Below, one piece after another: positions 1-11,464 of a stretch of 53,635 nt of DNA. The notes under the pieces were generated by a model. The model was not told the DNA's origin. It worked only from the letters and a program-made list of their open reading frames with translations, and made no database searches. Source of the DNA: Guillardia theta CCMP2712 (lineage: Eukaryota; Protista; Cryptophyta); NCBI RefSeq assembly GCF_000315625.1, contig NW_005434519.1, positions 1-53,635 on the forward strand. The letters run 5' to 3'. Both the position numbers and the translations under genes were made by a program. Positions within the stretch are counted from its first letter, which is position 1, and every line of letters begins with the position of its first letter.

Positions 1-1
1 G

Positions 2-177
2 CCTAAACCCTAAACCCTAAACCCTAAACCCTAAACCCTAAACCCTAAACCCTAAACCCTAAACCCTAAACCCTAAACCCTAAACCCTAAACCCTAAACC
101 CTAAACCCTAAACCCTAAACCCTAAACCCTAAACCCTAAACCCTAAACCCTAAACCCTAAACCCTAAACCCTAAACC
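2..177. repeat. Telomeric repeat tract (CCCTAAA)n, plant-type TTTAGGG
   Basis: About 25 perfect CCCTAAA units at the window edge, C-rich strand on +, as expected at a left chromosome end. Confidence 0.98.
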
Positions 178-1589
178 AGCCTTCAACGTTGATCTCGAGC
201 CTGTTAGCGATCTCCAACAAGACTCTCTTGACTCTTGCGATGGACGTGTTGCCGCCGTTGCACAGCCCCTCCATCTCCTTCCTCGTGAAGCGACCAGATG
301 CCGCCGTCGACTTGATGATGATCTTGATCTCCTTGCCGTCCTTGCCGCCTGCCTTCTTCTGCATCCTTGATGCCTTCTTCAACTTATTTCTGGACACAAA
401 GCGATCAGCTGTCAACTCGACTGCGAGCGCCTCTCTGATCTTCGGGTCCTCGCTGAACAGAGTCAGGTGTACTCCCTCCATCGCTTCGCTCTCTCGGAAA
501 GCTCGAAATGCTGTATCATTCGCCTCTGGGCAGCTCGAGGAGACGATCCACTCCACCTCCCTCTGTCTCCAGATGACGTTGGCCCCTACAGCGATGAAGC
601 CTTTCTGACCTAAGCCTTTGTGGACTTGCTGTCCTGGCGCCCCAGCGACCAGCATGCCTGCCAGCGGCTGGAGTTGGACCGCTGCAAGGGACTGGCGCAG
701 CAGCTGATAGCGATAGACGGCAATTGGCTCGAATCTTGAAAGATCGATCGTGCACGATGCTCACATGTACAGCTGTGAACTTGCGACCATCGATCGCGAA
801 GTCCTCTCTTCCCTGCCAGAGCTTCTCCGCTTGTGCATTGCGGAGGAAGGAAACAGTCACCGGGATCTCCTCAGCACTCGCTATCTCGGGTCTATACGGA
901 GCCTTCCACATGATTGCTTTACTCTCTTGCACTGAGTCTACGATCAGTCCGATCTCCGAAGTTCAAATTTCTTCTTCAGCTTTTCTTCATGGTTGACATA
1001 CACCGAGGAGATGCCCAGGAGAGTCATGGAGATGAAGGAAGTCACCTCGTTGCCTGCTGAGGCGGTGTATGTCTCGACCTTCTCCTTCTTGGCTTCTTCA
1101 ATCTGCTGCATAACCACTCTCTGGATGCGTCACTCCATCCAGTCATCGCTCTTGCAGAAGCTCACGTCGTGCCTGCTGANNNNNNNNNNNNNNNNNNNNN
1201 NNNNNNNNNNNNNNNNNNNNNNNNNNNNNNNNNNNNNNNNNNNNNNNNNNNNNNNNNNNNNNNNNNNNNNNNNNNNNNNTCTGCGATAGCGTCGGGGGGG
1301 CATCCCTCCACAGCCTTGCAAGCCTGGGCTGTCCTGCTGTTCGGATTACGCTTCGCGAAGCTCTTCACCCTCTCGACGAGATCAGCTTCGAGGACAGAGG
1401 CATCCACAAGTCCGCTCTGCGTGTATTGGCATGATCTCCGATACAGCAGGTTGCGAACATTTTCATCATACTGAAGAACCATACTTAGAAAGCTATTTGA
1501 AGTATACAAACCTCTCGCTTGCAGCTTCCTTGGCGCCCTGGCAGCTTCCCGTACACCACGCGTGCAGCCATGGTGCCTGAAATAACCGG
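178..1589 (-). mobile_element. Telomere-embedded, degenerate ORF1-like element (probable retroelement 5' part), cut off by telomeric repeats
   Basis: Flanked by telomeric tracts on both sides. ATG at 1571 and a 41-nt GT-AG intron at 1511-1471 join MAARVVYGKLPGRQGSCKRE to YDENVRNLL. There is an in-frame TGA near 1130 and frameshifts near 960 and 770-655. The reading frame runs into the repeats at 177. No RT is visible. Confidence 0.55.
1180..1279. other. Assembly gap (100 N)
   Basis: Run of N; the true size is unknown. Confidence 1.
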
Positions 1590-1634
1590 CCTAAACCCTA
1601 AACCCTAAACCCTAAACCCTAAACCCTAAACCCT
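1590..1634. repeat. Internal telomeric tract (CCCTAAA)~6
   Basis: Perfect repeats read directly. Confidence 0.97.
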
Positions 1635-1828
1635 ATTATTATTATTATTATTTTTATTATTATTATTATTATGTGAGTTTATTAGAATGCTAGAATGTTG
1701 CTCGGCCTCGTTGTGGGCGTTTGCAATGATTTGATCCTAGTCTAAAGAGGCGCTCGAGCACTGGGAGTACACGGCCTACAATGCGAACCCTGCTTCTGAG
1801 GCGTCTTTCTACTCTCTACTTCTTCTGC
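1635..1828 (-). mobile_element. 5'-truncated non-LTR retrotransposon 3' end with (AAT)n tail inserted in telomeric repeats
   Basis: The minus strand reads (TTTAGGG)n, ~155 nt unique sequence, AATAAA (1683-1678), (AAT)n (1672-1635), then AGGG(TTTAGGG)n. Confidence 0.65.
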
Positions 1829-1849
1829 ACCCTAAACCCTAAACCCTAA
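1829..1849. repeat. Proximal telomeric tract (about 3 units), probable original telomere/subtelomere boundary
   Basis: ACCCTAAACCCTAAACCCTAA followed by unique sequence. Confidence 0.9.
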
Positions 1850-3654
1850 GAATACTGTTCGAAATTCAAGCGTGCAAATGGAGTATTTTCTCCATGTTTG
1901 CTGTGATAGCAGCTTTCTTTCAGATACGAACTGGGTTCCAGTTGCCTAAATCGAGTTCCATGAGTCGAGCAATGAATATCCGAGTGAACAACTGGAGTTT
2001 CCTACATGAAATGCCTGGGCAAACCTCAGTTCCAACATTCCTGCACTCGTATCAAAACCAACATTCGCGAGCCCATGAAAGCATCATATTCTCACCTCAA
2101 TATGAATTATCCATGTGTAAACAAAGGCTTCCAAGTACCACATTCATTGACGGTTGAAGTGGGCATCCATAGTTCTCAATGTTGAACTTGTCATCGAAAA
2201 AATCCTTGCGATTGTCGAGGAGACGATATCGTCATGACACTGACGTTAGGTTCAACTCGTTTTTAGATGCTTACTTGATGAGCATGACAGGACTAGCGAG
2301 GACTACATAGCAAATTGTGAATTTCCTTCCACAGCACAAACTCGAAGATTCCTCCGGCACGGCAGCTCAAGCCGTCTCCAAACCAACTGTCTATTGGAGG
2401 GGTGTCCATGAAATACCAAAACAACCCAGACTTCACCGCTCCCCGTAAAATCTTCCCCAAACGCGCATCAAAATATGCAGAAAAAAGCAAATTTTGTGAA
2501 TTTGCTGATTTCGATCGCACAAAAAACAATGAATATAGCTCTGATGATCCAGTTTTCACTATCTGAAGTTCGATTAAGTACCTATGATTCAATTCTAGTC
2601 CTTCATACAACCGTTTCACACTGCGCGACATGGCTGCAAGCACTTTCATAAATTGTTTGCAGCACATGCTTTTCGATAACAAAACGGCGATTTCGTCTTA
2701 TCTCAGCAATGGATGGGTCTCTTCTTGTGCGGTTTTCATCAACGGAACGTGCCCGTCCTCCTCTTTCGTATGCCACCATTTTCGCGCCCTCTCCCTTTCG
2801 GAAGATGCTGTATGAGGGTCTTCAAATCAGGGCCCTTTTGGGGGATTTGGGCCCCTCAAGGGGCCCTGTGTCCCCGAAAGACTAAACCCTGTAAAACACT
2901 AAGCCGTTTTCAGGGTGTAACGGCTCAGTGGGTGAAGAGGCAGAATTTTGGGAATGATTGATATGGAGCAGACTGAGAAGACGAGTCACAACGCCTGGCA
3001 GTATTGATGATCAAAAGGAGCATGAGAGAGAAAGACTAGAATATACATTATGTGGTTGGCCCAGACGTGATTTGAAGCTTGAGCAATGCAAGAGAAATGG
3101 TCACAGTGAGAAGATTTTTGTGTTGAGTACGTCTTTGTTTCGGGCGCACTAAACGACAGGCTAGCTTTAGGCGAACAACACTGAAATTGAAAAAGACATA
3201 TTTCATAGATCTGATCGTCATCTGTTGAAGTCAGGTATCTTACACTTTGCACAGATGAAAAGATTGACACAGATCGTCGTTGTTTTTTTAATTCTATGTC
3301 GGGCAACATTGGTGTGGCAAGAATATGTGTGAAGGTACAGAACTTAACGAACTGTTTAGGCGACAGAGGAAGCAAGCGAAGCAACTAGTGAATCTAATGA
3401 ATCAACGGGGGTAAGACCTGTTGCAATGGAATACCCCTGTCCTTTGATGACGCATGTCTCTGCAGCAAGCTGAGCTACCTACCGCCCCTCCACCATTCAA
3501 CCCCCGACAAGCGATAGCAAATGTTGTGGAGTATCAGGTAAGCGAACAGTACGATTGTCTGATAACTTCCAACCTTTGATATATCGTCTTTGCTTGGAAG
3601 CTCCATGCAATTTATGTCATTTCAAGCACAACGTTGAAATTTGTTTTGACATAG

Positions 3655-4575
3655 GAGGCGCATCCGGAATTTGCAGCAGGCATTGCTACATGGATTACCA
3701 TTGGAATCATCTTGTTCATTCTTGGGCTGCTATTGTTCCTGTATAGCGAAATACAGGCTGTGTTAGTTGTACGAGACCAGGTAAAACAACAATATCCTAT
3801 AACCGAAGTCTTTGTTCCTTTTACAAGTTTGGGCAGGATTTCAGAGCAAAGCTTGTCAGTCTTAACTATATGATGGAGGGAAAGAACATCGACGACTTGA
3901 ACAAGGAGGAGAATGCAACAATGGTTCGTCATCAACGCAGTTGTTGTAGGAACTTGCTGACATGCAGATACTGTCTGCAGAGATTCAGGCCCTACTTGTC
4001 GATTCTTTCTATGCTTCTTATCTTCATCTCTCTCGCTTGCTTGTTTTACCCTCTTTGTGATATTCTGAATGTCGTTGGTATGATTATCATTGCTGTTGTG
4101 AACTTCAAATGCTTGATTGTACGCAGGTTTACCGTCGGCACCTTGCTTGCTGATCGTCTCGTTTGGCGCTTTGTTTGCTTCCATTTGCATAGGTGTGATC
4201 TGTCCAGATTTGAAAGTTCTTTTCGTTTCCTGACGATGATTGCCAGCCACATTCTTCATGTTCGTTGTGTGGTCGTGCACACGGACCTATGCCGCTCTCG
4301 TTTTCCTCCTCATATCAGTTTCTGGATCGGTCATTTCTCCTTGCTATTCTCCAACTGGGTTGACGACTTCGCAGTTCCTCCTTCCTACGGGGAACCCAAT
4401 ATTGCTGCTATTGTGGATGACAGTAACATTTGGAGGTGGAGCCGCATATTTCTGGTTTGTGCCAGATCACTATCAGAAAAATCCTTTGAAAGACTCTGCG
4501 AATGGAAAGCCATCATGGCTGCAGGTGAACGTGGAGGAACAAATCAATGTGACGAGTCTTACGCCTCAGTGGTAG
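3655..4575 (+). CDS. Multi-exon, multi-pass membrane protein of unknown family (ends approximate)
   Basis: Hydrophobic exons (WITIGIILFILGLLLFLY; LSILSMLLIFISLACLFYPL; FMFVVWSCTRTYAALVFLLISV; ILLLLWMTVTFGGG) separated by short GT-AG introns, e.g. 3781-3827. Confidence 0.5.
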
Positions 4576-4987
4576 GATATCGGAGACTTTAGCATCTCGA
4601 CAGATGGCAACGAGATCGTGAATGCCATCCACGAGAAGGTTGCCTTCACAACCTTTTCATCTTCAAAGTTGAATTGATGTCTTTCCCAGATTGAGACGGA
4701 GGGTAAAAGGTTTAAGAAGGAAAAAGTATAATTCATAGCTCTAACATGCAATATATCATTATTGACCTGATTTCCGATCGCTCTTCCTTTCTAGTGCATG
4801 TATTTCCAGACGATAATGTCACACACTGCAGGAATAACAGATCACCCTGAGTTGACAATATACCCAGATTTCAGTCTACCATGACAGATTTTACTTCATG
4901 ATAACTCCACATTTACAAGAACAGTACAAAGCTATTATTTCACAACTTGAAGCCCTTTTGCGGTTGACAAACAATTTTTGACTAAAA

Positions 4988-7155
4988 TCAAAACAGCATT
5001 TTCAAATGTATCGCTCCTCGTTTACGCTGCAGATCGTGAATTGGTCAAGGAAATGCGTATCAAAGTCACAATACCACTGAGAAGTAGGATCGAATTGCAA
5101 CAACAAGCGCCCTTTCAAAAATCAAAGTCAAAAAGCGGTCAGGTGAGTGTCTAGGACTTACCAACAAGATGCTGCCATAAATACGACATTAAAGACTGTG
5201 CGGACTGAATGACGCTGAAAGTACTCTGAAAGTATTTATGGTTATCATTCCAACACAAACAAAAAAAGTACCTGTAGCAGAGTTGTTCCTTACATGCTCT
5301 ATGTGAGAAAGACCCAATGTACAAGCAATGAGAGGGAAACTGATAGATGCCGTTGAGTAACCAACATTTTAGCAGATGAGCCGCTCACCTTGTTCCAACA
5401 CAAAGATAAAGCAAGCAATGAACGCATAGTTCCCGGATAGTCAACCCCCGCGCTCGGCTGGGAAAACATAGATCCGAGACATAAGGAACATTCTGAAGCC
5501 CATGCCATGTCGCCTTGCACAAGTATTAAAATTCATGTTTTGCATGGCTTCCACCTACCCGCCAAACATACCAGACCAATGTCATGTCATAGACTGCACT
5601 GATGGCATCGATGAAGAAAGTGTTCTGTGAGATTTTTGATGCTCGCATCGACATGAGCAAAGATAGAGGTAGATGTGATGTCATTCCCAAGAACTGAAAG
5701 CCAAAACCAAAGTGAGCAAATCTGCGTCAAGGAAAAAGAAGATGACCTGAAATATTAGTACACGTAACAAAACTGTACTTGGCATTATCAAAGAGATCGC
5801 GATACCAAGAAAATTCTGCAGCTTCGGGTCGAGGGTCAGAATGAATCATCTTTGATAACAACGGAACTTACATTGTTGAGAAGGGTATTGAAGAATGGTT
5901 TCACATTTTTGTTTGTTGCGTACGGATCTGCGTTTTGTACTTGTGACTGATCATCTGCTATTTCGTTTCTCCATATCATCGACTCTCGCTCCAATTGGGC
6001 AACAACTGTTTCGCTGCCATCTTTCATCAAGTCAAGATTGACTTTTTGTACAGCGTAGTAGATAAGTCGCTCAAATCCAAACGGAGCGGAAACGAGAAAA
6101 ATACAAGAACCAATCGAAGCAGTTAAGAGGTAGGAAAATGCTAGTCGCTCAACGTGAAGTACACTGAGCTTTTGCAGAATATACAACAGGAGCCACATGA
6201 GAATCAGTACCAAGACAAGAGTCATCGTCGTCTCGCGTAACCGCGAAAGAAAGCTCCTACCTCTTGAGCCTCCAAATCCCTCACTTTCAATGTACAGGAA
6301 CGAAAACGGTATAATGAGGTAATGACAGATATTCGAGAGAGAAAACAAAAGCTCCCAGAGAACTCCCACGTTTGTTGACCCCAATCCTCCATACATGTCT
6401 TCACCAGAAACATATTTCCTCAAAAGCGCATCGAAGATTGTAAGAGGAACCAAAAGTACCGAGCCTAAGGATACACAAACGGTAAATGTACACAAAGCAA
6501 AAGGAAGTGTCTCATCGTCTTGTGAAGATTCATCCCAATCCAAGTCATCAGGTTGCCTCTTTGCTGCAGCGTTTCTCTGCAAAACCTTCTTGTTCTGATT
6601 TGCACGCTGGTATCTTTTTAATCTCGTATGAGCCACTGCATAGAGAGCGAAGAAATACAAAACATACAGCATGTAGTCCTTGAGAATAGTATAGAATGTG
6701 TGAGTGTCTGCATTGTAAGACACAGCATCTGAATAATCCAACAGGCGCGATGCACAGACTTCATCGAATGGGCCACATTGTCCAGATGCCAAAGGATCAT
6801 CCTCAGGAACCTTTATTTGATCATGTTTGCGGAAAAGACCAAACCAGATCTTTGCGAAATTCAGTCCTTCTTTTGGATTCATGGCTGTGTTTTGCGATTC
6901 TTCCTGAGGTTTTCTGCTTGAAATAGAATTGCGATGCGAGGATTTTGAGGTTTGGAATTCTTGAAAGAAACGAAGAGAGATTTGCGTGACAACGGCGACG
7001 ATTGACATGAACAAGAAGTACCAAGCCATCCATGGATCATCGAGGAAATCTTTTAAAGTGCTAAGAAAAGGCTTCTTACCCTGCGCTTTTTTTTCTGATT
7101 CATGTGTTCCCATCGATCTCTCTGTATCAACAGAATCAGCGTCAACTGTTTGCAT
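4988..7155 (-). CDS. LMBR1/LMBR1L (LIMR)-family membrane protein, multi-exon 3' part
   Basis: LCTFTVCVSLGSVLLVPLTI...LWELLFSLSNICHYLIIPFSFLYIESEGFGG...RLRET matches the LMBR1 signature. Short introns lie downstream, with an inferred stop at 4988. Confidence 0.85.
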
Positions 7156-7639
7156 TTCTTGATCTTGCTCTTTTGGACTTTTAGAAAAAAATCAGTCCAG
7201 GACCTGTTTGGGACTTCAGGTTTTTGCTTTCTCCGACCTCAGCGTATCAAGCTGCTTTCCCATCTAAACGTTTCTCCTGTGCAGGTCATTCTTTTCTGAT
7301 CTCGCCCAAGAGCGCATGATCTGTTTTTCTATGACTCTCTTTCGGGTCTTACTCGAGATGCGGCACTGGATTTTGTTGAGACGTTCGATGCGACGGAAAT
7401 GAGTGAGAGAAAGGGTCGTCAGTAGAACTTGGTAAGAATAGGTCAGGGACAGCTGAGGATGTCTTGTTGAGCGCTTGAGACGAGGGAGGTAGAGGGCGGA
7501 GCAGAGGAGCAGCGAGATTGAGAGATAGTCTGGGAGGCGAGAAACAGGATTGTGGGAGGGGAGGGGCAGCTGTGCTCGTCCGATCACCGAGGCAGTAAAA
7601 TATTTAGATCAGTCGCATATAAGTGACAAGATGCTGCCT

Positions 7640-7990
7640 TCACTAGCGAGGAAGCCAGTCAGGCACTGCCGGAGTCACTCGGACCGTCCGATACGGTCGG
7701 TCGGACGTACTAGTGACTGGGCTGTGGCCGCCCGGGCCGGGCAGGCCATGCGTGACTCGTGCCTCGGATGCCGGGCGCCGGCGACCCGCCGGCTGAGTCC
7801 GACCGGGCCGGCGCGGCCCGTCACTCAGGCTCCCGGAGGCCGCTCTGGCCCTCCGACGTCGGAAGGCTTGAAGAGTGACAGTGTCAGTCCGAGGGCCGCC
7901 CGCCATCTTGCCCTGCGCCTTGCCAAGTCGTTTCATTTACTAGTTACCATCCGATCCGAGCCATGGTTAAGAATACGAGTGACTCAAAGG
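7640..7990. promoter_or_regulatory. GC/CpG-rich intergenic island
   Basis: Abrupt GC rise with dense CCGG and GTCAC/TGACTC motifs, upstream of the LMBR1-like gene. Confidence 0.5.
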
Positions 7991-8270
7991 CATCGCCCAT
8001 CCACCTGCCGCAAATAAAATAAATTGATCACTGAGTCAACCATGAATGAACAAAGCAAGTTTGCCTTTGGCATATGGAAGATTGTTGAAGAGGTATGAAG
8101 CCGCAGTGCTGGTGTTTTGTGCAAAAAACATTGGACTCCAGATATTCCTTTCAAATTCTTGCAGCTGGCTTGTTGCAAATCCTCTGATCTGCAACGTTTT
8201 TCAATCTTCGAAGTGTAGGAATTGAAAGCTTACTCTGCACAAGATATTTTATCATTGGCATGCCAACAAT

Positions 8271-9561
8271 TCAAGAACTTAAAATATACCGATCGCAGGC
8301 TTCACCGGCAGAGACTTGTTTGACCTGACAGATTGTGGGTACGGTCACGCGCATCGATGAAATCGAAACGCTCATTACATTCGGGATGGCTGTTTCGCAT
8401 AACTCCGAATCGTAGTTGTAGTCTTTGCAATAAATCTTTTTGAATTGATCAGTCATCAACGATAGGCAGACATAACTTTGCATGGACGCAGCATAGAGCT
8501 CCTTTCTCACAATTGATTGCTTCTTTGTGTTTAGTTTGATGTGATGACTCGCCTTGTGCTTGAAGCAGAACTCACTGGTAACTATCATGTCAATTCACTT
8601 AAAATTCATTGGTGTTGCTCTCATTCTCACCGTTTTCTTGTAGTTGGATCACCATATACAGGATGTGTTTCGCAACCTGCATGGCTGCACCATAAAGTCA
8701 GCGATGTCGCTAGATTTGCCGCAGTGGACTCATGCACCAGCAGCGCATTCTTGTGATGGGTACATCATCTGGCCCTCTTTGTGAGAAGTCAGAGAGTTGA
8801 GATACGATTTGAAAAAGCTGTAGTGCAATCACCTGTGCCTCGCACACCACCTTGGTTTTGAGTCTGCTACAGTTCCAAAACATGCACGTTTCCTACAAGT
8901 ATCGCTTATGACATGTGCAGGCCGAGAATGTTTCGAATTCAACACACATGCAGTCAAGATATCCACAGATCTGTCTGTGTCGGACATCGATATGCTTTGT
9001 CTTGCTATGATGAGTCATTTCGACGACATCGGGCAGGTCAACCACACACCGGTGTTGTCCACAACGTTTTCCAGTCCTCTCACCTTTGAAGGCGAATGAG
9101 GCCTGTAAGTGATAATGAAACAAGAAAGTCAGGTAGAAAACATTTCGAACCTGACGTCCACAACCTTCAACTTCACACATCCAGGATCTTGAATTCAACT
9201 CGCTTTTCGAGTGAGAACTGTCCTTTACTACTTGCAAATTGTTTTGATTTCGAAACAGCCCATGTACCGAATCTGTTCCACAACTCAAACCTTCAAATAC
9301 GCAAAGATTATAAGCCAGTGAGGTACCTTCATTCACTGATACTTCCATCTCCATGAAATGATTAACTTTGTTTGGATCCAAGGTAAAGTTGTTATGCTCC
9401 GTGGTTTCACTAGGCGTACGAGAGAAATTCGAGGCAAAACCAGAAGCAGTTCGAGAAAAGTTAAGATTGCATTGAATTATTGTGGGCATAAGCAGCAATA
9501 TGAGTCGGCACAGTGTACTGTAACCTGTTATACCGTTCATGGCAGAATTAATCGCGAACAC
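8271..9561 (-). CDS. EsV-1-7-type cysteine-rich repeat protein (multi-exon; start approximate)
   Basis: Repeats such as CEVEGCGRQ/ASFAFKGERTGKRCGQH, HIDVRHRQICGYLDC and CSHAGCETHPVYGDP...FCFKHK fit the Cx4C...CxxH EsV-1-7 motif. Confidence 0.7.
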
Positions 9562-10307
9562 ATCGCCGTTGGTGTCGACTGCGTAGTCATCATGTTTAAG
9601 AGATCAGGAAGGCTATTGGCAGTATTGATGAAAGCAAGTTGTTATGTAGATATGTGCGAGAAAGAAATCAAGCTATATGCTACAGAGAGATCATTTTTCT
9701 GTTGCTTCTAACTGCGAACTGCTCGGGCACAAGCGCATTCATTTTGGTAGTAACCGCAGTTGCTGGGTGTTCACATTTCCTGCAAAACTTTCATTTTCAA
9801 GAGTAAAGAGCTTTTCCCGGTATTTCAATTCATTGAGGCGGATTTTGCAAAAGTGGATGAGTAAAATACTGAGGCCTCGGTGACGCTATTTTGGGAGCGC
9901 CAGGCAGGCCATGCCGCTGGGTGAGTAGTGAGAGGACAAGAGAGGGGAAAGATACGCAGAGACCTGAATCAGCTTGTACCTGATAATGTGTTACTCATGC
10001 CTCTTTGATTGCCCATGTGTCTGGTTTGCCTTCCTCGCTGCTCATTGACGGGCTCTTCCTGCTTTGTTAGCTGACGACAATGTTGATGTGTCTTGATGTG
10101 AAATCTCAGCACATATGAAATGAAAAATGTGCGTTTAAAGTGGTGAACGTATTTATTCTTTATTTTTATCTCGATACTTCGTGTTTCTGCTCTCGATTGA
10201 ATTGGAGACGATTTTCTTGCATGACAATTTATGCAGCAAGGATGATGGCGCGCTCCGAGACATTTCAGGTATTGCCTTGATATTCAAAGCCGGATTCTTT
10301 GCTGAAA

Positions 10308-11464
10308 CTATGCAGGAGCGTGCCAGCACAAGCCCTGGGCTGCAGGCCTTTTTGGATAAGAAGGTATTGCTTATCCAACAAGAATCGCCCTGTTAATGAA
10401 AGACTGTAGGGAGACGAGCATTGCTTCAGTTGTTTGTACCTCATAGCTGGGATCGTTTGCCTCTATGCCGCAATTTATCATGGATCAGACTTTTGCATGG
10501 ATCTTGCTCAAACTAAATTAGAAACATCGCTCAACCAAATAACGGTTAGTGGAATATTTGGTACCTTTTCGATTCTCAAGCACATTGCAGCTCTCTTCCA
10601 TTGGATCAGGCAATTCCAAAATCCAAAAAGGCGCGAGTGTCCTTAAGACACAGTCTGTGAAGAAGGTTTTGAAGATCGATTTCTTCCTTGATAAAACAAT
10701 TGATTCCCATTCAGAAACAGACTCTCCTCGATTTTTTTGACAAAGACATGAAATTTGCTTCCCCGATGTTAGCGCAAGCGGTGATTTACTTCTCAAAACT
10801 TTCTTACTTAAATGACACTTCTCCAGAATGAAACGGGATCAGGAAATAATAGCACCAGTGCCGGCACATTTGAGAATGACTATGCAGAGCAAGCCTTCGC
10901 TGGTCGTCATGGATGGGTTGTGACCTGGCTGTTGGTAGAGGGATCAACAGCCCTGGGACTACCACTTGTGTCAATTGTACATATTAGTGCACGTTGATTA
11001 TCCCTGTAGTGACTGTGATGATAACAGATTATGTTGATTCTACGGCTACATGAAAATTCGTTGGTCAGTTGCATCTTGTACGTGGTTGCTGTCTTTCAGG
11101 CGATCTGGCTTATAAGTGAGTGTCTTGAAAGTACGTGTGACTCTTGTTGACTGTTTCGTTCAGTCGGATGTCTCTGGGTCTTTGGGGGCTTCGTTCCAGA
11201 ATCTTGTATTGATGGTCGCGTTGGGGACAACTTTGCGTATAACACCATGTGGTGAGTGATGAAGTGCATGTAAAAGAAATCAGCTTATCGGAATGGAACA
11301 GGTGGGTATGTGCTATTTGGCTGGGAAGCATGATCACAATTAGTATGGTGATCTGCTGCATCCTATGCTTCTTCATGGGGTTATCTTCGAGCGCAAGATC
11401 GGGCACAAGCAAGCCCCAGTACGAGCAGGTAATTGTGGTGAGGACCCAGCAGAAAAGGACTTAA
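10308..11464 (+). CDS. Probable fragmented multi-exon gene(s) of unknown function with hydrophobic segments
   Basis: Short ORFs with plausible introns (e.g. 10364-10409) and TM-like stretches (YLIAGIVCLYAAIY; AIWLGSMITISMVICCILCFFM). The exon structure is not resolved. Confidence 0.3.

Noticed and set aside
189-1474. Plus-strand ORFs in the telomeric cassette
   Set aside because: Ser/Leu-rich antisense shadows of the minus-strand coding frame.
1894-2815. Short ORFs in the subtelomeric unique DNA (e.g. 2293-2682)
   Set aside because: No recognisable motif or resolvable exon structure, so not supportable.
2912-2940. tRNA/SINE-like A-box (GGCTCAGTGG)
   Set aside because: No B-box or cloverleaf follows.
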